64,000 bases of DNA from an uncultured archaeon (GCA_964558645.1 CAZLEV010000002.1:32001-96000), one strand, 5' to 3'. Numbered from the stretch's first letter, positions 19,664 to 29,255 are shown. The notes: generated by a model not told the origin, from the letters alone. Translations and numbers: made by a program.

Positions 19664-20872
19664 ATGGTGGATAGAATAGATCAGGGTCTCAAGGCACTAC
19701 TTGACAAGGCAATAGACCTGGACAAGAGAGGTATGGGAAAAGAGGCTTGCCAGTATTATCTGAAGGCTAGCAAAGTGCTGATCAAACTGTCAAACTCGGC
19801 GGCATTGCCCTCTATCAGGAAACACTATCTCAAAAGAGCGCAAGAGTGTGTTGACAGGGTCCGGTATCTCTCCGGCATCAAGAAGAAGTCAGGACCTGTC
19901 CATGGACTCGAAGTACCACCCGAACCCCTTGAGAGAGAAGAGCCAGTTCCTGCTCAAGCCTCTACCGAAGAGAAGGAGATTGACGAGGATACCGTCAGGC
20001 TGCGAGATATGATAGAAGATACAATAGTTTCGGAGCGCCCAGATGTTAGAATGTCAGAGGTCGCAGATCTCGAGGATGCAAAACAGGCAATTGATGACGC
20101 GATTCTTGCGCCCATGAAACATCCCGAGCTGTTCCGTGGAAAGGCGAGACAGCCTTGGAGAGGTATCTTGCTTTATGGTCCTGCGGGATGTGGTAAAACA
20201 CTCATAGCAAAGGCCGTGGCCTCAGAGATTGACGCGACATTCTTCAATGTGTCAGCCGCCAATATAGTAAGCAAATGGCTTGGCGAATCAGAACGATTGG
20301 TAATGACTCTCTTCGAACTGGCACGTAAGAATCCACCCGCAATAATATTCATCGACGAGCTCGATTCTATAGGAGTTTCCAGATCAGGCGAGGATGTTGG
20401 AGGTGAAAGGCGTCTGAAGACGCAGCTGCTGACCGAGTTGCAGGGGCTCGGTAGTCGCGAGGATGAGAGAATCACGGTAATCGGAGCCACAAACCTTCCT
20501 TGGGAGCTCGACTTTGCTCTGCGGTCCAGATTTGAGAAAAGAATCCATGTGCCGTTGCCGGGTCGCGATGCTAGAAAGAAGATCTTTGCCACTCATATGG
20601 AGGAGATAGAGATGGCCCCCAGCGTAGACTTCGCGGAGTTGGCCGATCTGACAGAGGGATACAGCGGACGGGACATCAGTGTTGTGTGTCGAGAGGCGGC
20701 AATGGAACCGATTCGAGAACTCCAAACAAGTGGACGGTTGGATGAGGATGCGGAAATATTCGACCTGAGACCTGTTGAACGTTATGACTTCTTATCAGCT
20801 ATAGAAAACATCAGACCTGCAACATCGCCCGAAGATGTCAAGCGGTATATAGACTGGGCGGAGGGCTCATAG
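19664..20872 (+). CDS. vps4: Vps4 AAA+ ATPase with MIT domain
   Basis: MIT (AIDLDKRGMGKEACQYY), GILLYGPAGCGKT, SKWLGESE, IFIDELD, GATNLPWELD. Confidence 0.9.
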   Translation: MVDRIDQGLKALLDKAIDLDKRGMGKEACQYYLKASKVLIKLSNSAALPSIRKHYLKRAQECVDRVRYLSGIKKKSGPVHGLEVPPEPLEREEPVPAQASTEEKEIDEDTVRLRDMIEDTIVSERPDVRMSEVADLEDAKQAIDDAILAPMKHPELFRGKARQPWRGILLYGPAGCGKTLIAKAVASEIDATFFNVSAANIVSKWLGESERLVMTLFELARKNPPAIIFIDELDSIGVSRSGEDVGGERRLKTQLLTELQGLGSREDERITVIGATNLPWELDFALRSRFEKRIHVPLPGRDARKKIFATHMEEIEMAPSVDFAELADLTEGYSGRDISVVCREAAMEPIRELQTSGRLDEDAEIFDLRPVERYDFLSAIENIRPATSPEDVKRYIDWAEGS

Positions 20873-20875
20873 CTG

Positions 20876-21580
20876 ATGAATGTTCGTGAGAGGTCAAAAG
20901 AGAAGAAGAAGACCGTCGAGAAGAAGCGTGAGTCGGAAGAAGAGTCAGAAGAGCAAATTGTGATCAAGACTCCCACGGATCAACAAATACCCGAAGTCAG
21001 TGTCAGAGAGGCTGTGACCGTCACAGAGTCCGAAGAACAGGCTGCTGTACCGCAGGAGCCTGCAAGTGAAGTCGAGGATATCTTGCCGCAGTGGGGGCAT
21101 GCTGAAGACTCGGAGTGGATGTACCAAGTTCCAGATTACGAGGAGGGTAGACAACTCTGGGCAAGAGATTGGACAGACTTCATACTCACATGGATGGAGA
21201 ACCAGAAACTTCATGTCATATCGATCACGACTTTCATAACCGAGAGTCCATTTAGCGAGATTGTTGGCAAGGCGGATGCGTTTGAGATTCTTGGAGATAC
21301 CCTTGTAGAAAAGAACATAGCACAATGGATTGGAGATGAGAAGCGTCAGCTTCGAGTCTACTGGCGGCCTTTGGAGGACTGGGCGGATCATGTCTACCGA
21401 TGGGCACTCGAAACAGGCTTGATGCGTCTCGATGTGAAGTCGATCGTCATCCAACAGGGTAGAGAAGGTTTCGGACGCCTCCCGGAGGGCGACCTTCGCC
21501 GTATCATGGAACTGCTTGTAGAACGCGGCTATGCAAGATGGGTGGACAAGGAGCGCGGCGCTGTTGTGCTGGTTGTATGA
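20876..21580 (+). CDS. ESCRT-II Vps25-like protein
   Basis: WARDWTDFIL and VYWRPLEDWADHVYRWA resemble Vps25 winged helices; 3 bp after vps4. Confidence 0.8.
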   Translation: MNVRERSKEKKKTVEKKRESEEESEEQIVIKTPTDQQIPEVSVREAVTVTESEEQAAVPQEPASEVEDILPQWGHAEDSEWMYQVPDYEEGRQLWARDWTDFILTWMENQKLHVISITTFITESPFSEIVGKADAFEILGDTLVEKNIAQWIGDEKRQLRVYWRPLEDWADHVYRWALETGLMRLDVKSIVIQQGREGFGRLPEGDLRRIMELLVERGYARWVDKERGAVVLVV

Positions 21581-21584
21581 CACG

Positions 21585-22343
21585 CTAGCGATTATGCTTG
21601 CCGTTCGAGTCGACATCTGTCCTTGATCTTAGGCCCGGGAAGTAGTATCTTCCCCCCGTGCTAAATCGGATGTCGGCCACAGCCATGCCAGCCTCCACAA
21701 GACTGGAGAGGACAGTTCGAGCGTGATCTTCAGACCATTTCAACTTCATGATTACCTCCTCAATAGAGACAAATCCTTTGGACGCTGCGAGATTAATCAC
21801 ATCAGCCTGGTCTTGCCGTAGTTCCAAAGGCCTCAATTCGACAACTTTGACGCCTCCGCTCAGTGTTCGAATCCCTGGGATGAGACCGTGCTCTGCAACT
21901 CGATTCACAGCCTCGATCACATCGTTATAGCTGACGGATTTGAGTTCGGGGGTTCGTCGTACAACGTCGACAATCAGCTCTGCCAGCCCCATAAGACCCT
22001 TTGATGCGTTCTCAGTTGCAACGTCAAGCACCGCCAGACCAATGTAGTCATAGTATTCATCCGATGTCATCCCCTGCATGGAAGCAGCAGACTGTTGTGG
22101 TAGAATTCGAAGCAGTCCTGCGGCTTCGGGGAAGCGGGAAACAATGCCCTCACTCTCAAAGAATCCGGTTACATCTCTACCCATCCGACGCATTCTATCA
22201 AGATTCTCTCGGATGTCCATGACAAGAGCCTCTGATTCGCGCTCGTAGGAACGAACATCCACTGCACCCATGTCGAACATCTTCTTGAACTGATCCAGCG
22301 TGGCTATCGACGCGTAGAGCTCAGATTCAACACGATCATCCAT
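21585..22343 (-). CDS. Vps28-N-like domain fused to EAP30/Vps22-36 tandem winged helix
   Basis: SELYASIATLDQFKKMFDMGAVDVRSYERE (Vps28-N-like); EYYDYIG...PLELRQDQADVINLA...KWSEDHARTVL...YYFPGL (EAP30); ATG at 22343 with GAGGT RBS. Confidence 0.8.
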   Translation of the reverse strand: MDDRVESELYASIATLDQFKKMFDMGAVDVRSYERESEALVMDIRENLDRMRRMGRDVTGFFESEGIVSRFPEAAGLLRILPQQSAASMQGMTSDEYYDYIGLAVLDVATENASKGLMGLAELIVDVVRRTPELKSVSYNDVIEAVNRVAEHGLIPGIRTLSGGVKVVELRPLELRQDQADVINLAASKGFVSIEEVIMKLKWSEDHARTVLSSLVEAGMAVADIRFSTGGRYYFPGLRSRTDVDSNGKHNR

Positions 22344-22518
22344 CTCTATTGCTACCTCGCGTTTATACGGTCGACTCTGTACTGGAGTGAGTTGGAAGCA
22401 GCCTCCTTTAAGAGGGAGTATTATTGAGCACCGACTCAAGCACACGCTTCGCGATAGCACAAAGAACATATGTGCAAAACATATCGGAAGGACACGAAAT
22501 CCTGGAGAGGTTGAAGAA

Positions 22519-22683
22519 ATGTCACTACATTGCCATGATATGAAAAAAGGACAAGTCTATGCATGCGAGACCTGTGGCCTTGAAATCAAGATCCTCAGCG
22601 AGTGTACGGAGTGCTGCAACGACGAGGACCAGTGCGGCTGCAGTTTCACCTGTTGCGGTGATGACTTGACGCTGAAGGAATAG
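22519..22683 (+). CDS. small Cys-rich desulforedoxin/metallothionein-like protein (54 aa)
   Basis: MKKGQVYACETCGLEIKI...CTECC...CGC...CCGDDL; GAGG RBS upstream. Confidence 0.7.
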   Translation: MSLHCHDMKKGQVYACETCGLEIKILSECTECCNDEDQCGCSFTCCGDDLTLKE

Positions 22684-22757
22684 AACCGATATCCTTCATC
22701 TGAAATAGGCCGTGGGCCAAAGCCTCGGCCATAACTTTTTTCGCTCCGACTATTGGT

Positions 22758-23504
22758 GTGTTCATCCCAAGTCCCAAGTTGGAGATTGTGTACAGCAAGT
22801 GCAGCATTATGGCGAAAGGTACCTCGAGTCCGCATATTGGAACGCTAAAAGAGCGCTCACTCCATGCTGGATTGAAGGAATGGTACAAAGAACCGGGCGA
22901 TTGTTTTGAGGCTGAGGTAGATGGATACGTAATTGATATCGCCCGAGAGAATCTGTTGGTAGAGATACAGACCACAGGTTTCTCAGTAATCAAAGCGAAA
23001 CTCCGGGATCTTCTCACCAGACACAATGTGCGTCTCGTCTATCCAGTGATATCAGAGAAGTATATAGTGAAAGAAACGCCTGATGGATCAGAAGTGATCG
23101 AGAAACGTCTCTCACCCAAGAAGGAGAGTTTCCACGACGTCTTCTATGAGATGGTTTACCTTCCGAGACTCATCGAACATCCTCGTTTCAGTATCGATGT
23201 CTTGCAGGTCAGGGCAGAGGAGACTCGCCGACGGGACGGACATGGTAGTTGGAGACGCAGAGGCTGGAGTATCGTTGATACTGAACTAGTGGAAGTAGTA
23301 GATAGGCAGTTGTTTGAGAGCCCATCAGATCTACTGAGGCTTATCCCACAAGACCTGACGAATCCGTTCACCAATGCTGAACTGGCAGAGCGAATCAAGC
23401 GGCCATCTGCTTTGGCAAGGAAGATGACGTATACTCTCAGGAAGATAGGAATCGTGAAGTTAGTGGGTAGACGCGGAAGAGCCCATCTCCATTCCATCAC
23501 CTAG
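22758..23504 (+). CDS. conserved hypothetical protein, PD-(D/E)XK nuclease-like with C-terminal HTH (start possibly 22809)
   Basis: ERSLHAGLK, IDIARENLLVEIQT, FTNAELAER. Confidence 0.6.
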   Translation: MFIPSPKLEIVYSKCSIMAKGTSSPHIGTLKERSLHAGLKEWYKEPGDCFEAEVDGYVIDIARENLLVEIQTTGFSVIKAKLRDLLTRHNVRLVYPVISEKYIVKETPDGSEVIEKRLSPKKESFHDVFYEMVYLPRLIEHPRFSIDVLQVRAEETRRRDGHGSWRRRGWSIVDTELVEVVDRQLFESPSDLLRLIPQDLTNPFTNAELAERIKRPSALARKMTYTLRKIGIVKLVGRRGRAHLHSIT

Positions 23505-23600
23505 TTTCGGCAGAGGGGCCAAGACGGAAACTGAGCCGCCTTGACGATGGGTCTGATGCCGTGAGAAAGCCAATGGAGCCGCTCTTCGTTCGGCTGACCT

Positions 23601-24971
23601 CTATGGCATGAGCCGGTCCCGATCTCTCGGAAGAAGTGTTGCCTCTCGGATATTCTCAATACCCAGCAGCTGCATTGTTAGTCTCTCGAGGCCAAGGCCA
23701 AATCCTCCATGTGGAGGGGCACCGAATTTGAAGGGCTCGAGATAGAAGGTGAAATGGTCCGGATTGAACCCCTTGGCCTTGAAGCGTTCCACAAGTAAGT
23801 CATAGAGATGTATCCGTTGACCCCCTGTTGTGATCTCCATTCCCTTGTAGGTCAAATCGAAGCTCTCAGTCATGCCCTCATCCGTCATGCTGGGCATTGT
23901 ATAGGCGGGGCGTAGTTCCAGAGGATACTGTGTGATGAAGACCATGTTGGTACCGAATCTCTCCGGAAAGACTTCACCAAGAATCCTCTCACTCTCAGGA
24001 TCTAGATCGTCTTCAATGGATATCTCTTTCCCCTCATCCCGAAGGATATCGATTGCCTCCGAGTACTTGATTCGTTTGAAGGGAAGAGAGGGTACTTCCA
24101 GCTCTACCCCAAGAAGCTCCAGTTCAGTGGATGCGGTTTCAGCGGTCTTCTGGAAGGCATAGTGGAGCATCTTCTCTTCCACTTCCATGATGTCTTCTAC
24201 ACTGCTGATCCAGGCCATTTCCAAGTCGAATGATGTGTATTCGTTGACATGACGGCGTGTATTGTGCTTCTCTGCTCGGAAGACTGGCCCAATCTCAAAG
24301 ACCTTGCCAAAGCCAGCAAGGAGCATGAGCTGTTTGTAGAACTGTGGGCTCTGCGCCAGATAGGCAGGTCTGTCGAAGTACTTGATTTCGAAGAGGTTCG
24401 CACCACCCTCTGTAGACTCAGCCACTATCTTTGGTGTATGGATCTCCACAAATCCATCCCTCTCAAGGTATTCTCGGGAGAATCTTGCAAGACTGTGCTG
24501 CACTCTGAACACTGCATTGACGCGAGGTTTCCGTAGGTCAAGAATCCTATAGTTCAGCCTCGTGTCAAGGTCGATGTCCACTTTGTCCTCGACAACATCA
24601 ATTGGTAGCCGCTCCGATGTATTGATCACCTTGAGCGAACTAGGAATGATCTCTATGCCAGACTCTGTGTGCTTCGTTGCAACTACTTCCCCAATAACCT
24701 CGACAGCATACTCAGAGCCAAGACTGTCAGAGACCTCGAATACCTCAGAGGTGACTTTCTTCTTAGGTATGGTGACCTGGATCAGACCGCGTTCGTCTCT
24801 GAGGATGAGAAACTTGATTCCACCCTTATCACGGAGAATATGAACCCAGCCGAAGAGAACCACCGTTTCGCCCACATTGTCGGGACTCAGTTCGATGGTG
24901 TAGTGAGTCCTTTCGGCACTAATAGGTTGCACACCTGCATCTTCATAGAACTTCATTACTGCACCTCGCAT
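23601..24971 (-). CDS. aspS: aspartyl-tRNA synthetase (archaeal type)
   Basis: OB fold GWVH..RDKG, YLAQSPQFYKQ, FRAE, GAPPHGGFGLGLERL, PRDRDRLMP. Confidence 0.95.
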   Translation of the reverse strand: MRGAVMKFYEDAGVQPISAERTHYTIELSPDNVGETVVLFGWVHILRDKGGIKFLILRDERGLIQVTIPKKKVTSEVFEVSDSLGSEYAVEVIGEVVATKHTESGIEIIPSSLKVINTSERLPIDVVEDKVDIDLDTRLNYRILDLRKPRVNAVFRVQHSLARFSREYLERDGFVEIHTPKIVAESTEGGANLFEIKYFDRPAYLAQSPQFYKQLMLLAGFGKVFEIGPVFRAEKHNTRRHVNEYTSFDLEMAWISSVEDIMEVEEKMLHYAFQKTAETASTELELLGVELEVPSLPFKRIKYSEAIDILRDEGKEISIEDDLDPESERILGEVFPERFGTNMVFITQYPLELRPAYTMPSMTDEGMTESFDLTYKGMEITTGGQRIHLYDLLVERFKAKGFNPDHFTFYLEPFKFGAPPHGGFGLGLERLTMQLLGIENIREATLLPRDRDRLMP

Positions 24972-25048
24972 TGGGACTAGTCAAGTCGGGAGTTAACAGA
25001 TTATGAGGCTTTTGGCTCGTCGCTCGTACCTCAGACTTGGGTTGTGGG

Positions 25049-25282
25049 CTAGAAAGGCGTTTCCGTGAGCTCATATACTGTCATCCTTCCGTCTTCAGCA
25101 TGCCCCTCTTCCTTGACCAGACCCAGATCCTTCAGTCGGCTCAGGCCATAGTTGACCGTTCGAGGGGGCAAGTAGGTTGTGGTGATCAAGTCCTGCCGCG
25201 ACATGCGTCGCTCGCGCTTAAGCAGCACGTACAGGAATTTGGCGGAAGGAGGTAGTGACAAGAAAGAGCGACGGGCAAACAC
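25049..25282 (-). CDS. small MarR-like winged-helix regulator
   Basis: LPPSAKFLYVLL...LPPRTVNYGLSRLKDLGLV...DGRMTVYEL; GGAGGA RBS. Confidence 0.75.
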   Translation of the reverse strand: MFARRSFLSLPPSAKFLYVLLKRERRMSRQDLITTTYLPPRTVNYGLSRLKDLGLVKEEGHAEDGRMTVYELTETPF

Positions 25283-25380
25283 GATTCCTCCATTGAACTG
25301 TTGCCATGTCTATAGTAGACCTCCTTAGTTATGTTGCAGATTACCTTACGTTTTTCCATTTAAGGATTGCTTCCTAGGAA

Positions 25381-26727
25381 CTAAGACGGCTTTCTGAACA
25401 CCAACACCCACTCGCCGTTCATTCTCTCTGGACGGGGAATCCTGATGAAATGTCTGATGAGGCCAGAGAAGAAGCGCTTCTCCAGCTCGAACCCCGCACG
25501 TCTAACCGCTATTTCGGAGAGGATATCTTGAGAGGGAATCTCATGACCACGGATGACATTGTTGCCGATTACGACGCAATAGTGCGCATCAGGCCTCAAG
25601 ACTCGACGCATCTCAAAGAATTGCTTCTCCATATCTTTGAAGAACTTGTATACGATATAGGATCGTCGGGGGTCAACTTCAAAGATAGCCTCGAGCAGTC
25701 GGTCAAGCGAATCCAGACCAGAAACACGGAGATTCTTGTAGTCCTCTTTGTAGACCGTTTCGGTCCCTATGTACTTCCGTTTCATCTGGGAGAGAGGACC
25801 GTCTGGAACCATGTCTAACCAGTACATCTCCAGCTGGTGGGTTCGCGGATAGTCTACCGCATTGATATAGGGTGGCGAGGTGACTGCAAGGTCGATAGAC
25901 CGGCTTTCCAAGCCCGTTTCCGTTGCTGTGCTTCGTGGCAGAGTCGGTGATGGGAGGGCAGCCTCACTGCAGAGTGTCCAGAATTCGCTCATTGTATCTA
26001 TCTGTGCCTCAAGGGCTTCAGAGAACTCTTGCAGCGCTTCTCCAGGACTCATGTTGCGTATTTTCTTCTTGCGAATAACGGTTCGCGTACAATGAGGATC
26101 GGCATTTGACACGCCACGAACGATTGAGGAGAATACTACTCGAAAGAAGTCGAACAGCCTGCCCTGCTCGTGTGTTTCAATCCCTCCAGCCCATAGGTCA
26201 CGATCTCTGATACACTCTAAGATAAGGCCCAGTTCCCGTAACACGTGAGACTGAAACCATGAATCACGATAGTGGAAATCCGGTATCGGTGGCCGATGTC
26301 CCGAAGCAAATCGCGCGTTCAATTCCTGGCTCAGGCGATCGGTTGCCAAGAAGAGCGTATCCGGGTTCAGAGCTGTTGTCTTGACGCGCGTGACGAGACG
26401 GGCAATCGGATCAATATCTATACCAATCCCTCTCCTCTGGCCAAGCATAGCCTCCAATACAACCGTTCCGCTGCCACACATGGGATCTAGTACTGAATCC
26501 ATCCGATGGGAATACTTCCTAATCAAATATCGAGGTAACTCGGGGAAGAACTTGGCAGGAAACTTATGGATGCCATGAGTCAGATACGACTGGTCATTAC
26601 TGATCACCAGAATGCGTGAACCATCAGGAATCTCGGTCTTCGGATCGATATCACCTTCAATCTCCAATAGACCATCATGTTCACTCGATGAGTCCTCTCC
26701 ACAGCACGAGTCCGACGATATATCCAA
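25381..26727 (-). CDS. amino-DNA methyltransferase (probably m4C, SPPY), orphan
   Basis: THGIHKFPAKF, VLDPMCGSGT, GIDIDP, VTSPPY; motif I precedes motif IV. Confidence 0.8.
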   Translation of the reverse strand: MDISSDSCCGEDSSSEHDGLLEIEGDIDPKTEIPDGSRILVISNDQSYLTHGIHKFPAKFFPELPRYLIRKYSHRMDSVLDPMCGSGTVVLEAMLGQRRGIGIDIDPIARLVTRVKTTALNPDTLFLATDRLSQELNARFASGHRPPIPDFHYRDSWFQSHVLRELGLILECIRDRDLWAGGIETHEQGRLFDFFRVVFSSIVRGVSNADPHCTRTVIRKKKIRNMSPGEALQEFSEALEAQIDTMSEFWTLCSEAALPSPTLPRSTATETGLESRSIDLAVTSPPYINAVDYPRTHQLEMYWLDMVPDGPLSQMKRKYIGTETVYKEDYKNLRVSGLDSLDRLLEAIFEVDPRRSYIVYKFFKDMEKQFFEMRRVLRPDAHYCVVIGNNVIRGHEIPSQDILSEIAVRRAGFELEKRFFSGLIRHFIRIPRPERMNGEWVLVFRKPS

Positions 26728-26934
26728 TGAATGTCAAGCTCCGTGGTCGACAGAGGGCAAAGAACTGCACGCAGTTATTAATCTAGCCGCACTGTGGATG
26801 CGACCAAGGACTACGTCTTGAAGGACAATTCCTGCAAATACGGCAAACGTCGGAGTATGCATTCAAAAGAATGCATTATAGTTATATTCTCTTACTCCCT
26901 CAACAGACTTGCTCTCAAGAACGGAGTGAATGTA

Positions 26935-27270
26935 ATGGCAAAGAGTCAAGCTACGAAGATTGGTGAGCTGTTATGCCTCATAGGCGGACTCCTCGGTCTG
27001 CTATATGGGATTCTGCAGATATTGGGAATGGGTTTTGCTTTCCTTCCGGGTCTAGGTATAGGGGGTATTCTTGGTGGTCTGATCACCGGTATAATCCTCA
27101 TCATAATCTCTCTTGTTGTCTTGACAACAAGTGGAGTGATCAACATACCTGCTCTGAAATTGGAGAAGAACTGGATAATCATGTTGATTCTGGGAATCCT
27201 CCTCTACGTCTTCGGAGGCGGTCTGCCAGGAGTCTTGGTGATTGTCGGCGCCATCCTGATGCTGCTATAG
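26935..27270 (+). CDS. small Gly-rich 4-TM membrane protein
   Basis: ATG at 26935 after GGAGTG; hydrophobic, Gly-rich. Confidence 0.7.
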   Translation: MAKSQATKIGELLCLIGGLLGLLYGILQILGMGFAFLPGLGIGGILGGLITGIILIIISLVVLTTSGVINIPALKLEKNWIIMLILGILLYVFGGGLPGVLVIVGAILMLL

Positions 27271-27279
27271 AGAAGCACT

Positions 27280-27352
27280 GGTCCATACCACTGAGATAGG
27301 CTCACGGTATGGATCCTCTTTCTTTTTCTCTGTCTATCCGGAGTCGGATAGA
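27280..27352. terminator. two hairpins and a pyrimidine tract between convergent genes
   Basis: CCATACC...GGTATGG stem, then CTCTTTCTTTTT; TCTATCCG..CGGATAGA stem. Confidence 0.5.
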
Positions 27353-27384
27353 AGTTGTAACTAACCGTCAAAGGCTTTCTTCTT

Positions 27385-28740
27385 TCAGAGGTCAGTTGTT
27401 GACAGAGCCTTGTCAAGGCGTTCGGCCATATCATCAATCTGCTCTTTCGTAATCACGTAGCTGGGAGTGAACCGTATGCAGTTCTGCCCAGAACCGAGGA
27501 TCCATAGCTTCTGCTTCTGAACCAGATTCTTCACCAGCTTGTTTCGATAATCAACAGCCTTCTCCTTCGTCTTCGGATCCTTAACCAACTCGATTCCAAC
27601 CATCAGGCCCAACCCTCGAACATCGCCAATGACGTCATGCTTCTCTTTCAGTTCGTTTAGCCGTTGCATCAGGTAGTTGCCCATCTCAACATTTCTATCG
27701 AGATATCCTCCATCTTCTATGTGTTTAAGATGCCAGAGTGCGATGAGAGACATCTTGGGTTCGGCAGAGAAGGTCTCAGAGTGACGAGCAGGTCCTGTGA
27801 ACATAGGAGCAGGGCCAATAGAGGCACCCAAGGGATAGCCACCCCCCAACGCCTTCGCTAGTGCCACGTAGTCAGGCGCTATGTCGAAGTTCTCAATAGC
27901 ACACCATTTCCCTGTTCGGCCCATTCCGGCCTGTACCTCATCCGATATCAAGTATGCACCAATGTCTTTTGTGACCTCATGGATGCCCTTCACGGCCTTC
28001 TTCGGGGGCACAATCAACCCACCCTCACCGCATAGTGGTTCCATTACTGTCGCCGCAATGTCATTACCCTCAACTTGGAGCGCGTAACGTAGAGCCTCTA
28101 CACACTCTATGTTGCAGTCCTCAACATTCTGTCCATAGGGGCAGCGATAGCAGTAAGGGTAGAACACACGAATCACGTCAACACCCTGAGGGTAGCCCAC
28201 TTTGTGCTTGGAATTGGAGGCTGTGACGGCGAGCGCATATCCAGTTCGTCCATGAAACGCGGGACGAAAACCGATGAATCGGCCCTTCTTGCTCAAGTCC
28301 ATGGACGACTTCATACAGCCCTCTACGGCACGCCCACCCGATGTTGTGAAAGTCACCCGTTTCGTACTATTGCCGGGCATCAATGAGATAAGCCTCTCGG
28401 CCAGTAGAGTCTGAGGTATGGCATCAAAGTCCATCCCCGGTAGCTCCTTGATGACATCGTTGACCCGTATCTCGAAGTCCATGAAGGGCTTGTATCGGAG
28501 GCCAAGTGCGCGAACCGCCACCCCGCCGGTCATGTCAAGGTACTTTGTGCCCTCTATATCATAGAGATCCAGCCCGTCACCCCTTGTATGATCCAGACAG
28601 CCGTATATGTCACGTGCTTGAGTAGTGATTGCCAGAGCGTTCGCACCGCGTTCCTTCCAATAATCATTCGTCATCTTGTCTGGGCCAACATCCATGAAGC
28701 CCAATTCTTTCAAAATGTCAAAGTCCTTATCGTCCATCAT
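27385..28740 (-). CDS. class-III PLP aminotransferase (ornithine/GABA type)
   Basis: YLDMTGG, SGGRAVE, FHGRT, EPLCGEGG, DEVQAGMGRTG, LAKALGGG. Confidence 0.9.
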   Translation of the reverse strand: MMDDKDFDILKELGFMDVGPDKMTNDYWKERGANALAITTQARDIYGCLDHTRGDGLDLYDIEGTKYLDMTGGVAVRALGLRYKPFMDFEIRVNDVIKELPGMDFDAIPQTLLAERLISLMPGNSTKRVTFTTSGGRAVEGCMKSSMDLSKKGRFIGFRPAFHGRTGYALAVTASNSKHKVGYPQGVDVIRVFYPYCYRCPYGQNVEDCNIECVEALRYALQVEGNDIAATVMEPLCGEGGLIVPPKKAVKGIHEVTKDIGAYLISDEVQAGMGRTGKWCAIENFDIAPDYVALAKALGGGYPLGASIGPAPMFTGPARHSETFSAEPKMSLIALWHLKHIEDGGYLDRNVEMGNYLMQRLNELKEKHDVIGDVRGLGLMVGIELVKDPKTKEKAVDYRNKLVKNLVQKQKLWILGSGQNCIRFTPSYVITKEQIDDMAERLDKALSTTDL

Positions 28741-28868
28741 CTACACAATCCACGAAATCGACACGAGCTGCAAGATGGCACCCCTATTATCTAATTTGCT
28801 ATGCCGGCCACCTCAGACAACACTGGAGCCAAGGAACGAGAATCCATTTGACTCAGACAATGCACAGC

Positions 28869-29255
28869 CTAATCGGGCGGATGATAGATACGACTCTGCA
28901 GAACGGCTCCAAGGACTATGAGTATCGCTCCGATGTGCCCACCAAAGAGCATCATTATGAAACCAATCACAAGAAGAGACTGCCAAGCTCTGGTTGGTCG
29001 GATGAAATCCAAGTGGATACTGCCTCGTGTCCGGAGGACAATCACAGAGAGAATCACCAGTACTAAGCCCTGCAGGATGGATCCCAGGCCGAGAAAGATC
29101 ACGCTCAAATCGATATATGGAATACCGAAGCTGACGAACACTCCGAAGTTGAGGAGGAAGAGTGCGCCAATCACTAGATCAATACCTCCTCCCGTCAGGA
29201 CCATGACTTCACCGATGCGAAGAGCATCATTCTCTGAACTGTTAACCGGAATCAC
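28869..29255 (-). CDS. small 4-TM membrane protein (paralog of 26935..27270)
   Basis: GTG at 29255 overlaps the upstream stop; RIGEVMVLTGGGIDL vs KIGELLCLIGGLLGL. Confidence 0.65.
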   Translation of the reverse strand: MIPVNSSENDALRIGEVMVLTGGGIDLVIGALFLLNFGVFVSFGIPYIDLSVIFLGLGSILQGLVLVILSVIVLRTRGSIHLDFIRPTRAWQSLLVIGFIMMLFGGHIGAILIVLGAVLQSRIYHPPD

